From Mesotaenium endlicherianum (lineage: Eukaryota): DNA of 64,000 nt. The stretch is taken from positions 124,025-188,024 of the forward strand of contig WELA01000963.1 of the NCBI GenBank assembly GCA_009602735.1. The letters are read 5' to 3'. Numbering within the stretch: position 1 is the first letter of the stretch; each line of letters starts with the position of its first letter. Below the pieces are notes generated by a model. It was not told where the DNA came from, did no database searches, and was given only the letters and a program-made list of their open reading frames with translations. Position numbers and translations under genes: made by a program. Positions 11,234 through 22,900 of the stretch are shown here, in pieces.

Positions 11234-13910
11234 ACATAGATGCGCCTTGTGCGCAAGAGCTCGGGAGTCGCTAGCTAGCTTTCACGTACAGTTGCGCGGA
11301 GAAATCAGCGAGCTAGCTAGCTAGGTGGTAGGCATCGAAGGGCTATCATTGCAGAACATCTTTTAGAACATCATTATGCTACAACGTACGGCTCGGGAAT
11401 GGAATCTGCGACCATTGCAGGTCTGGACGTACACATCAGCCTTTGCGCCGTCTCGGGTTGCTTCTTGGAGTGTTAGAAGCCTCTATCCCCATTGTCATCT
11501 CGCGATTTGCAATTTTGTGCTTTGTTCTCCACTGCTATGACGGCCTGATTAAGACGATCAAGAAAAGGCAGAACGATGCCCAAGAACAAAATGACGTCGT
11601 CGTCTGTCGACGTGAGAGAACAAGAAGAGTCATGTTTTGTCATAGGCAACCGGCCGGGTTGAGGAAAAGCAAACCTTGCCATGGCTGTTGCGGACGAACG
11701 CAACACCTAGGAGAGGGGGGCCTCGCCTTGCGCGCGCTTCCGCGCCGACAAGGTCAGTGTGCATGAGCGACGTTCATCGTCGCAACGCACCCACTAGGCC
11801 TGCCTCCCCTCCCCCCCCCNNNNNNNNNNNNNNNNNNNNNNNNNNNNNNNNNNNNNNNNNNNNNNNNNNNNNNNNNNNNNNNNNNNNNNNNNNNNNNNNN
11901 NNNNNNNNCCCCAAAAAAAAAGAAAAGATTGACAATTTGAGCACGCGCTCAAACTTAAGTTTGAAAAGGAGGAAATGTATGAAGTAAAATATCCACCTTC
12001 CTCGGCTTCAAACGAACAGTAGTGTTGACCGTCTCTACCGACCAGGTTCCGCGACTTCCGGGCGGGCCCGTCTTATTTCTTTTTTCTCAATTTCGTTTCA
12101 CCGGCGAGTGTTTTGTCCACGGACTCCGAATCCCCGTTATGTTTTGCCCCCACCGACGTTCCACATCCATGAGGCCCATGTATGGCAATGCATGCCGATG
12201 CATGCATGATTGCGCGTCCCCTCCTGTCACCGCCATCTCCTTCAGACTGACCCGGCATCATCGGTTTCGCTTCCATGTTGCGAGCGGGGCCAAGCCGGCT
12301 CTAGGCATGTCGAAATTGCACCCTGCTCAGTTTGTTGATGGTTATTGCTTGCAGAGCCCGACCGGGCGACGATCCTTTAGTGTGTCCCGCCAATTTGCTT
12401 CCTTCCGCATTAGCTACAATTTTGCGAGAAGGGCTAGCATGAGCTAAATGATCGTGAACATTTCACCAGAACGGTGAAGCATGACAGACACATTCCCCGT
12501 ACACGCCCGAGAGAGAGCGACGAGGGCCCCGTCAAGATGCAAATTGACGAGGGAGGCTAGCTTCCTGCACATCGTAGGGCGTCGCGAGAAGGGGTGTCAT
12601 TCTTTGCACCACCACATCAACCATGCACACCACCCATCAGCTCGTCCAAATGAAGTCTTCAAGGCACGACGAGAGCATGTCTATACCTGCACGTAGCTGA
12701 GGCCGAGAATGAAGCTGTTGACGAGAACAGAAGGCCCATGCAGCAGCTCTTCGCCTCAATCCACGCCTCTGCTCCCATGCAGCTGCTGCTCATACCGCCA
12801 ACCACAACGTCAGTTGCTACTTGGGGTTGATTGAGACTGCTCCCAACCAAATTGAAACAGCCCGCGAGGCCATACATCACATCAGACATCAATGGTCAGG
12901 TCTGTTCCCGGACCACATTCCCTCCCGACCACCCCCTCTCTCTTCCCCATGCACCTAGCTTCTCACGCAGTCCTGTTTGCACCCAGCTTCAGCCATCTTG
13001 TCTCAGACGCTTATGATTCACACAGCTCTGCTGTCTGATTGCCAAGCTTCAGCCACGTTCGCTCTCACCCTCTTTCTTGGGCTCCAACTTCACGCTCCTC
13101 CCTGGCCTTCGTGGACCGACATTTAGCTCCTCCTCTCTTCACTTGCTGTCCCCCTGGCTGTACCTGTTTGGTTTTTCCCTGGAGTCCCACCCACCAACCC
13201 ACCCACCCACCCACCCACGGCAGCACTCTCCACTCCATTACCATGCATCTCGTTCCGCACAGCACAGCACATGCATCTCTTGACTGCTGCTTCCAGTGCT
13301 CCTGAGAACATGCTAGCTTGCTGGGTGCTCATATACTAGACACTGTCCAGTACCAAATGCTGCCCCCTCTCCCTCTCCCTGCCTCTCTCTCCCCCTCTCC
13401 ATGCCTACAGCAGAGTCCCTTACTGCTCCTTCCACCCATCACGTCCGTCCGTCACATCCTCTTGCACATCAATCCACACACAAGTCCCCCACGTACATTG
13501 CTCGCTCGTCCTTCGGCTTCGTGCAATATTTTTGTTTAGCGTCAGATCCGTCTTTGCATGACATACGGCCAGGTCACATATATATATTTCTCTCCCTCCC
13601 TCTCCCTCCCTCCCACCCTCCCTCTCCCTCCCTCCNNNNNNNNNNNNNNNNNNNNNNNNNNNNNNNNNNNNNNNNNNNNNNNNNNNNNNNNNNNNNNNNN
13701 NNNNNNNNNNNNNNNNNNNNNNNNNNNNNNNNNNNNNNNNNNNNNNNNNNNNNNNNNNNNNNNNNNNNNNNNNNNNNNNTCTCTCCCTCCCTCCCTCCCT
13801 CCCTCTCTCTCTCACTCTCCCACCCTCTGCCTCTCTTCCTTCCTCCCTCCCCATCTCCCTCCCTCACTCTGCCTCCCCCTCCCTCTCCCCTTGTTCTGGC
13901 GCGCACGCAG

Positions 13911-16900
13911 GGTAGCCAACCTAGCTCCAATGGCCGCCCTCCCCCCCCGGCGCGGGCAGACGGCCAGGGATGCCGAGCGCCTCGGGCTTCTGCGGCCCGT
14001 CCGGGCGCCTTCTTCTTCGCGGATCTGCGGGTGGAACAGGAGAAGAGCCAGCAGAAGCGGCAGTTTGGCTTCTTCCGCTTCCTGCTGGAGTACTTCAAGT
14101 CGATGGTCACCTTCCTCCGGCGGGAGGTGGGCTTCACCGGCGAGACGCTGGAGACCTACCCCGAGAGGGCCACGCGGGACGGGCACAAGGAATGGATGTT
14201 CTGGATGCGCAGCGGGGGCAAGTATGACGGCGCTGGCCACTCGCACGGCACTCTTGTCAAATACGAAGGCGCGTTCCGCTTATTCGCCAAGGACCACCCC
14301 TCCATGGTGGAGGGCGGCGACGTGGAGGGATTCAGCCAGGAGGCCGTCCAGATGTGGTACCAGTGCGCGCTTCGCTTCGGCGTGGAGCACCCCAAGCGGC
14401 GGGAGCCCATCCTGCGCGCCTACGCGCACCTCATGCTGGCCTCCCTTGACCGCCGCCTCCCCCGCGACGTCGTCAACGGGGCCATGGTCACCCTGGCCAT
14501 GCTGGCCGGCCCGCGCTCTTTGGACCTGGCGAAGGCCACCCTGAGGGAGGTGCGTCTCACGTGGACGCCAAGGGGCGACGGGAGGCCGCCGGCCAGGAAG
14601 CTTGTGTGGGCGGTGAGCTCCCTCCCTTCATCTCCGCAGCCAGCATCCTGTCTGCCCAGCACATCCACCGCTTGCCTCCCCTTGCCCCACGCCAAAGGGC
14701 TCCCTTTGCACCCTCGCCCTGCTCACGCCCCTGCTGCCGCTGCAATTTTTTTGGCTCGCAGTTCTCGCCTAGCAAGAACAGGGCGGAGGTGAACAACAAG
14801 GTGACCGTGACCTACTGGGGCACCGAGTTCCCCCGCTGCGCGTTCGAGTGGGTCGCCCTGATGCTGGAGGAGAGGGGCGTGTTCAAGGCGCCCCTCCTGC
14901 GAGACGCCGGCGGCCGCGCTCTGCCGCGCACAAACTTTACCATCAGGGAGGACTGCTTGGACAAGCCCCTGATTGTGCTCGTGAGGGGCACGACGTACAC
15001 GGAGGAGCCGGTGAGTGGAACACGTGTCTGTGTTGTTCTGCTTGCCCGCGCGTCCCACACACTATGCCCTGACCCCTTGCTTGGCCGTGCGTCCGTAGTG
15101 CCCGCTTGAGTACATGAACAGCGAGGTGAAGGCCATGCTCGTGTACGCCGACATCGATCCTGACAAGAGAAGCCTCAGGAGCTTCCGCTCCGGCAAGCAT
15201 GTCCAGGTGAGCCTCCCACTGTGCGTTTGCATGCGCGTCAGCTCTCTGTCCTCACACCCGCGTCAGTCCGCTGCACCTCGCCCGCACACCCCCCCCCCCC
15301 TTAACACCTTCTCACGGGGCGTCGTCCATCTCGTGGCGGTGTGCGCGCAGAACTCTCTGGACGCTATGGAGAAGAGGCTGGGAGAAACCGGCTACAGCAA
15401 GCTGCCCACCATCAACGCCGACAGCGGGCGGGCTGCCAACTCCGCGTCCGTACCCGCTTCCACCCGCCCCTCCCTTGCCCCCTTCTCTATTCATGTTCAA
15501 TTTAATTCCTCGCATTCGCGTGCACCCGCCCACGTGAACAAGGAGGGAGAGTGTAAGAGACTTGCAGACTTNGAGGGAGAGTGTAAGAGACTTGCAGACT
15601 TGCTCGCTCTTGCATGCCCTGCTCTCAGTAGTAAACCAAAGTGTCTGCATGACATGCTCACCTCACGCGCGTGACTGTTGCTACAATCTACAGAGTGGGG
15701 TTAAACGTGTACACGACGAGAATCGTCGATCAAACCAGACCCAATCTTTAGCTGTACATGGGAGGTATGGCGTGATTGCTAAAGCTTATTTTAAATCTGC
15801 CGCCTGAAGGAAAACATGCAGAAAAAAAGCAGCCCTAATTTGGAATGAAAAAATGAAGTAGTGTCTTTGGGAGAAAAAGAAAGAACGGGGCGGGAGCATG
15901 TGAGAATAAAGGGGTGGGGGGGTGGGAGGGGTGGTGGTCCTGCAAAGCTTCCCTCCCCCTCTTCTACCCCTTTTCCCCACCTCCCCCCATGAGGGACAAG
16001 TCTGTCACTGCTCACTCCGTGCTTGTTCCTGGCTGCCCTGCCGTGACCACGCGCCACGGGGGAGTCGCGGCGCGCGCGCACAGACGACGCCCTTGCTGGC
16101 GGCGCCAACGTGCCCAAGTACCTCGTCCCCAACCCGAAGACGCCCGAGGAGATCGCGGCCAAGGGCCGCCGCCCGCTGTCCCACGCCCCCGAGCTGGGCG
16201 AGAGGTTCTGCGTGCCGCCCCTCTACCAGGCCGCCATGGACCTCGCGTCGCGCCTGGTCGCGGAGCGCGTGTGGTCGCTGGCGCGAGCGCGCGGCCTGGA
16301 GGCCGTCGTGCGCCAGGCGCCGGGGGAGCCCCGCAACGCGACGGCACTTACCACGCCGGAGCTGGAGCGCAAGGCTCGACTCCTCAAGGGGTTGCACAAG
16401 GCCGTCACCCAGGCGGTCGACAACCACTTTGTCGGCAAGGCGCTCGCGCAAGGTGGGCACCCGTCTGCTGCCCTCTTGTCCCTCGCATGCTGCTCCGTCT
16501 CTCCTCCATGTGCGCCTTCTTCCTAGCCCGCCCGCACGCGCGCGCGCCCCAGTCGCCGATGCTCAAGCCGCTGCGAACGGTGGCCCTTTTTCTTTTTGCT
16601 GCGCTCGCCGAATCGCGAGTCAGGACCGAGGGCCGACGCCCCCCTTGATCGCCTGGCTGCGACGCCGCTGCCTCGCAGACGAGGAGTACCTGCACACTGC
16701 GGTCTCCATCCTGGAGGGCATCCCCGGCGAGAGTGACAAGATCTCCGACATGCGCGAGGCCGAGGCGGCCTTTGCCACGTTCCGTCAGCCCTACGTGGTC
16801 GACAAGGAGGGAGGCGTCAAGTACCCTACCCCCGAGCTGGCAAAGAGGGCCAGGTGGTTGCGGAACAGGTCGGTCCACAATCCCACGTTTCTCAATGTGT

Positions 16901-19900
16901 GCGTAATATCTGCAAACCTGTGCATGCTAGTTGAATGCTTTTCTCAGCCAACGCCGCCCTCCCCCTTACCTCTCACAGCTTATCTCTCTCGCCTCCACTC
17001 TCTCTCCACAACATCTCATTTGGTAAATACGGGGGGAAGGCGAGGGGNNNNNNNNNNNNNNNNNNNNNNNNNNNNNNNNNNNNNNNNNNNNNNNNNNNNN
17101 NNNNNNNNNNNNNNGGGGGGGGGGGGGGGGGGGGGGAGGGGGTGTTGATGTCGCTCCATGTACCATCACCGGAAGGACGTCGTCATGAGGCGAGCCACGC
17201 GGTTCGACCCCGGCTTTGAGGCCGAGATGAAAACTATCCCAAAGCAGGGCAAGGACGTGCCCCTGGTGGTCGGCAAGAAGCGGGTGACTTTGACAGAGTG
17301 CGTGAACCGCGCCATGGGTATTATGGAAGAAGGTACGCCCACCCCCTCCCTTTCCCCCAGCCCCCCCACTTAAAATGCAGCCCCGTCATCCTCTGCCGTA
17401 TTTTAGCGTCTGTGTGTGTGCCCGTCCCGCGTGCGTGAGCTTCCCTTGCGACGTCCTTGCCATGGCGCCACGACTCGTGCAATGGAGGCCCGCCTGGCAC
17501 AATGTCACTCACCGTTGGTTGCGCTGGCGCTGCGCTGCGCGCAAGTGTGGGAGAGCCACTCGACCCCGACTTGGAGGGCGCACCGCCGGAGGTGGCGGCG
17601 ACGGGGCGTGACGCGGACCTGGAGAACGCCATCACGGCCATCAATGACGAGTACGGGGCCGAGGTGTCCGGCACAGGGGTGGCGGCGTCGCTGGTGAAGA
17701 AGGTACGCCGACATCGGGACGACCAGGCGGAGCCTGCAGAGACTCGCGGCAGGGGCTTCGACAAGGAGCAATGGGCAAAGTGTAGGAAGCGCCCGCGCGC
17801 ATTGTGAGTGTCCCCCCATCGGTCCACCCTCTCCTCCCCTTTTCAAGCCGGTCCCACCAGGCCCCCACCACACCCTCAACCTCCCCCGGACAGAGCACAT
17901 TTTGCTGATGTGCATTCCTCGTGGCTGCCTATCATCCTGCGTGCGTGCGTGCAGCCTCCACGCATCGAGGCTGTCCATCATCGACGCGGCCCGCAAGGTC
18001 AAGGAGGGCACGTACGGGAAGAGGCAGAGGCATGAAGCCGCCGCCCCGTGCGCCGATGAAATCACGAGGGACGTCGAGACTCCCGTGGCCGCGCGCGCAG
18101 AGGCCCGGGGCGCAGGTGAGCAAGTCGCGCGTGCCTGAGCCTGCCCTCTCTGGGGCCCCAGACAATCTGTTGCCTCCTGCGTGGAAATCTTTTTGCTCCC
18201 CCCTCTCTTTTCCCATGCTTGTATCGTGTCTTGTGCCGCCTACACACACGCTCTGCAGCAGTTTTCCGGCTGCCTAATAACGACGTCTCTCTCGTCGGTG
18301 CATGCTGCAGGAAAGAAGGGGTGGGCCGCCGGCGCCAAGGACCACAACACGGAGCTGGCCATTCAGCGCATGCAGGCCCACGAGGGGACGGAGAAGGAGA
18401 TGCAGGACTTTGCGGCAAGGGTGGAAACCTATCGTGAGAGGGAACAAGCCTACGACGAGGTCTTGGAGCGGGAGAAGCAGTGGGAGGATGACCAGAGGGA
18501 GAAAGAACTCCCGCAGACCAAAGACAAGGTCCTGGAGGAGGAGAAGTCGCGGGTCCGCGCCAGGTGAGACACGCCTCTCCACCCCCGCACCCTCCTTCGC
18601 TTGCCAACTTCCTGCCCCGCCCTCTCCTCGTGTCGTTCTAGCCTCATCCAGCGCCGCCCGCAGTTGCAGTTCCCTCACGCCAAGACCATTGCCCGTCTTC
18701 TCCGTGCGCAGCCTGCACAACTACAGGAAGCAGATCAAGAGCACCGCCGCGCTGCTGGAGACAGGCACTTACGGGAGAGGGCGGCGCAAGAAGCCCGTTG
18801 AAGAGGCCGCGCAGGACAAACACGAGATGGGGAGCGGCCGCGGCGGCGGCGGCGGGGACGCTGGCGAGAGGCCCCCGCACCCGCAGCCCCAGGTTCCCGC
18901 CGGCGCCGTTCACGGGCTGCCGGCACAGTTGGACGACGAGGCCGAGGACGTGAAGCTGGCCGTCCGACGCCTGCTGGAGCACAAGGGGACTGAGAAGGAG
19001 GCGGCAAACTTCGCGAAGAGGATCGAGGAGCTCTGCAAGAGAAAGGGCGAGTACAAGGCATCGCTGGCGGGAGGAGATCACGACGAGAAGAAGAGGCGTT
19101 CGGCCAGGTGGAACTTCGAATTCCCCCCCCCNNNNNNNNNNNNNNNNNNNNNNNNNNNNNNNNNNNNNNNNNNNNNNNNNNNNNNNNNNNNNNNNNNNNN
19201 NNNNNNNNNNNNNNNNNNNNNNNNNNNNNNNNNNNNNNNNNNNNNNNNNNNNNNNNNNNNNNNNNNNNNNNNNNNNNNNNNNNNNNNNNNNNNNNNNNNN
19301 NNNNNNNNNNNNNCCCCCCCTCGTGGCACTTTACATTCCAAACCAGCACTTACATTCGTAGCCAGGTTTTGGTCCTCACGCTGGAATCTTTGGCCGACGA
19401 TGTGCGTGCAGCCTCTCCGGATCCAGGAAGTGCATCAAGACCACGGCGGGTCTCCTGGCGGCAGACAAGTACAGCAGAGCCGGGAAGAAGCGAGCCAAGG
19501 AGGCTGCCGGCCAGCCCCCCTCGGCTCCAGGTGAGCGCGTCATATTTTGCTCGACAAGGGGAAGGGGGCAAGGGGGGGGGGGTGGGGTGGGGTGGCGGTG
19601 TGTGAGAAGGGACCCGTGTGCGAGGGGTTGAGATTGCGGGTGGGAGTGATTGTGGGAAATATTGTGGGACAGGCCAGGCCGCCAAGACTCGGCCCCCTCC
19701 TCAGCCAGATCAGGCCCCAGTGTCACGCCAGCCCCGGACTTGCAGCTTCTGCCGCCTGCGCCGCCGCCTGCTGCGCCTGCAGCTGGTGCAGCTGGGGCAG
19801 ACCAGGCGCTGCGAGGTCTTCGCCAGTCGTCTCCAGACCCGGGTGAGGGCGCGCTGCAGGCAACATAACATTTTGGGCTGTGCATACGCAATCAAGCACG

Positions 19901-22900
19901 AGGCAAACTAAACAGCGCGTGCTGCTGTCTTTGCTCGCTTGCGTGCGTGCGATCGTGTCTGGCAGGTGACTCAGCACACCCCGCCTTTGGGCCACCCCTG
20001 CCCCCAACGTGGCCTACGTCTGCGGACCTGGCCCCCATGCTCGACGGCTCCTTTGCCGGCAATCAGCAGGCCACACTCGCGGCGTAGGCCAGGAGGAACG
20101 AGTCGACACCGTTCGGGCTGGCGAACCCCACCTAGGAGATGTGTCTGCGATATGCCGACGAGATGATGCTGCGGAGAGAGGCACGCGACGCTCCAGCAAC
20201 CAAGTCCGTAGCTGCAACGTGTGCGACGTTGTCAAAGCTGGAGGCCGAGAGGGAGATCGAGGTGCAGCTCTTGCGCGAGACCGCGCAAGTGACGGCCGAG
20301 CGCAGCAGGCTGTCAAGGGAGCTGAAAGAACGCTCCTCTTTTGACTTGTACATGGAATGGCGCAAGTGTCAAGATAAGCTGGGCTCCTCCATCCTGCCCG
20401 TAACCACAGAGCACTTTGCAGACTGGATGGATTCGTTGGTCACTTATCACGAGATGACGTACTCCACCGCCGTCAAGCACACCTTCTACGTCGAGTCCTT
20501 CCTCGTCCGGGGAGAGGAGCGAGAGCCCGGAAAGTTCATCCAGGGGACATTTGATGGCTTCAAGAGGCATTGCAAGGAGCATCTTGGTCGGCATGTGCAG
20601 TGCGTTCTTCACAACTCTCCCCTACCTCATGTGACACCAGAAGCACCGTGTGCCCAGGTTCCAAGGGTTACCTTCAATATGCTTGAAGAACCATCGAGTG
20701 CATTCTGGTTTGCATGTGTTCTGGAATTTCTATATATTTGCGCACGCTGGCGGGTGGTGGGTGTTGGGTGCTGGGGGGGGCGTCAGGAGATTTGACACCG
20801 AATTTCCGTATGAGACGCGGCCTCTGACGGTCGACATGTTCCGCACGCTCATGTCCTCTCTGGACACGAGCCGCCTTAGGGACCTGGTGATGAAGCAGAT
20901 GGTGCAGGTGTTCTGCTTTGCTGCCCTGCGTCCCAATTGTGTGGAGAGCTTGCGGTTGCGTCACGTGGAGTTTGCTCTCACCGAGGGGCCGGACGGAGTG
21001 ACATCTCTCAATGTCATCCTCCTCGTGCCCGACTCAAAGGCAGCCAACTACGCCGAGACGATGGAGTGCGGCTTGGGGGTGGTGCGCCTGGCTGAGTATC
21101 GGCAAGACCCCGAGTGCGTGTCCTTCGTCCCCACCCACGCCTATAAATTAGCTGGTGCCCAGGTGCCACTTTGAAATCATGATTGTAAGAGTTTGTTCAT
21201 GCCCCACATATTTATGAACCATCACGCTTTTTCTGCGTATTGTGTGGCGTTGGCAGCCATTGCGTGGTGAGGACCATCGCGGCCTTTGTCAGCTCCATGG
21301 GAGCATGGTCCCAGGGGTCCATGGCCAAAGCCCTGGAGAGCGGCGACTTGTCCATCGCCGAAGACAAGCTGGATTACGCACTCTTCCCAGTTGTGCACAA
21401 CGAGTGCGTCAAGCCGTTCCAACCGGTATAATTGATTGCCGGCCCCTCTCCCGATAGGAGTTGTTGCATTGAAGGGGGGGGAGGGGGGGGGGGGCACAAA
21501 TTTTTCCGCTGCTTTCTCGCCAAGTAGTGCCTGCATTGTGCCGATCTCTGGCATTTGTTGAATCTGTACAAACTCATGTGTTGGCAGATGTCTCGTGGTG
21601 ACGCAACTGACCGCTTTTGCGATCAACTCATCCACATAGGGCTCCTCGCGGGGGTGGCCAAGTTCTTCACCCTGCAAAGTTGCCGGAACGGCATGGCGAC
21701 CACACTAGCTATCCATCTGTGCGGTGGAAATGGAGGCTTTCCACCTGCAGCCTTGATGGAAGCCATTGCGAGGATCTTGCGCAGATTCGTGGCCACACCA
21801 AAGACTATGGGTGCGTACATGCAGAGCCGTGTCATCAAAGAGGTCCTGGATTGCGACAATGGGTCCGAGGTGAGTTCTCTGTGACTCCCGCACTATTTTT
21901 ATTTTTCTTACGGTTTGGCGACGCGTGACTTGGTTTGCCTTCCTACCCAGCGGTCTGACTTTGTTCTTTGCGCGTCGTGGTTGCTCCAGATTCTTTTGGC
22001 AGAGCGCTTTGCCTTGCACTCGGACAAGTACTTCGCTCAGCCATCGCTGGACGGTGTCAGGCCCTTGCCTGAGGCCCCTAAGGAGATCAAGGAGGCGGGC
22101 ACGTGCGCCTCGGTGATTGCCGTCCGTGACGCGATGGCCAGGCGCTTCCCAGAGGACCTTGAAGAGATCGAGCGTCTCAAAGCCGTGGATAGGAACAAGC
22201 GTATGAAGGGCAGGCTCGAGTTCCTAGGGGACCCCTCGAAGATGTACGACGTCGATGCCGCCTCGAAGGTGAGCGAGCCGGCAAGCACCTCAATGCCCTG
22301 GGAAAAGCGGAGGTACAAGCACGCAAAGTTGTTCGAGCTGAAGGTGGCTCAGGCTGAATTCAAAGCGAAAGTGAAAGAGCTCACGAAGGTGGGTGCACGA
22401 GCGTACGGCCCCCCTTCCTCCCCTCCCTCTCTCGCCCTTCTCACGGTTTTTTTGAGTTGACGTATTTGCTTGCGCACCAGTGCCGACCTCCCCTCTGGCT
22501 GCCTTGACACCGGCTGCCACATGTGCTTGCAAGCAGAGCAGTCAAGGCTGTCGACGGACGACGTCAGCATACGGACAGCGCTCAGGCAAAGCCCCGACCT
22601 TGCAGCCAAGGCAGCAAGGCGGCTGCGCGACCTGAAGAAGGCCAGTTGCGAGCACGACGACTCCGAGGTCGCTTCCCTCGTGAGCGGGTGAGACATTGGC
22701 TGGTGACGCTGGCACGCTATGACGGCGCTGTGAAGCATTTTGTGCCTGTTTCCAAGAGACCATCTTTTGATCCGCTGCAGCCTACACGACCTTGAACACC
22801 GCTCTGTGCAAGGCTTCGCACCTCACGTTTGCCTGCCATGCTTGCAGGATCCGCCAAACGGTGTTAGCGGCCAAGATCCGCGTGCTCAACGCCGGGTTCA

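Noticed and set aside
15543..15601. 29-bp direct repeat GAGGGAGAGTGTAAGAGACTTGCAGACTT
   Set aside because: The two copies are separated by a single N, indicating a contig-join artefact.
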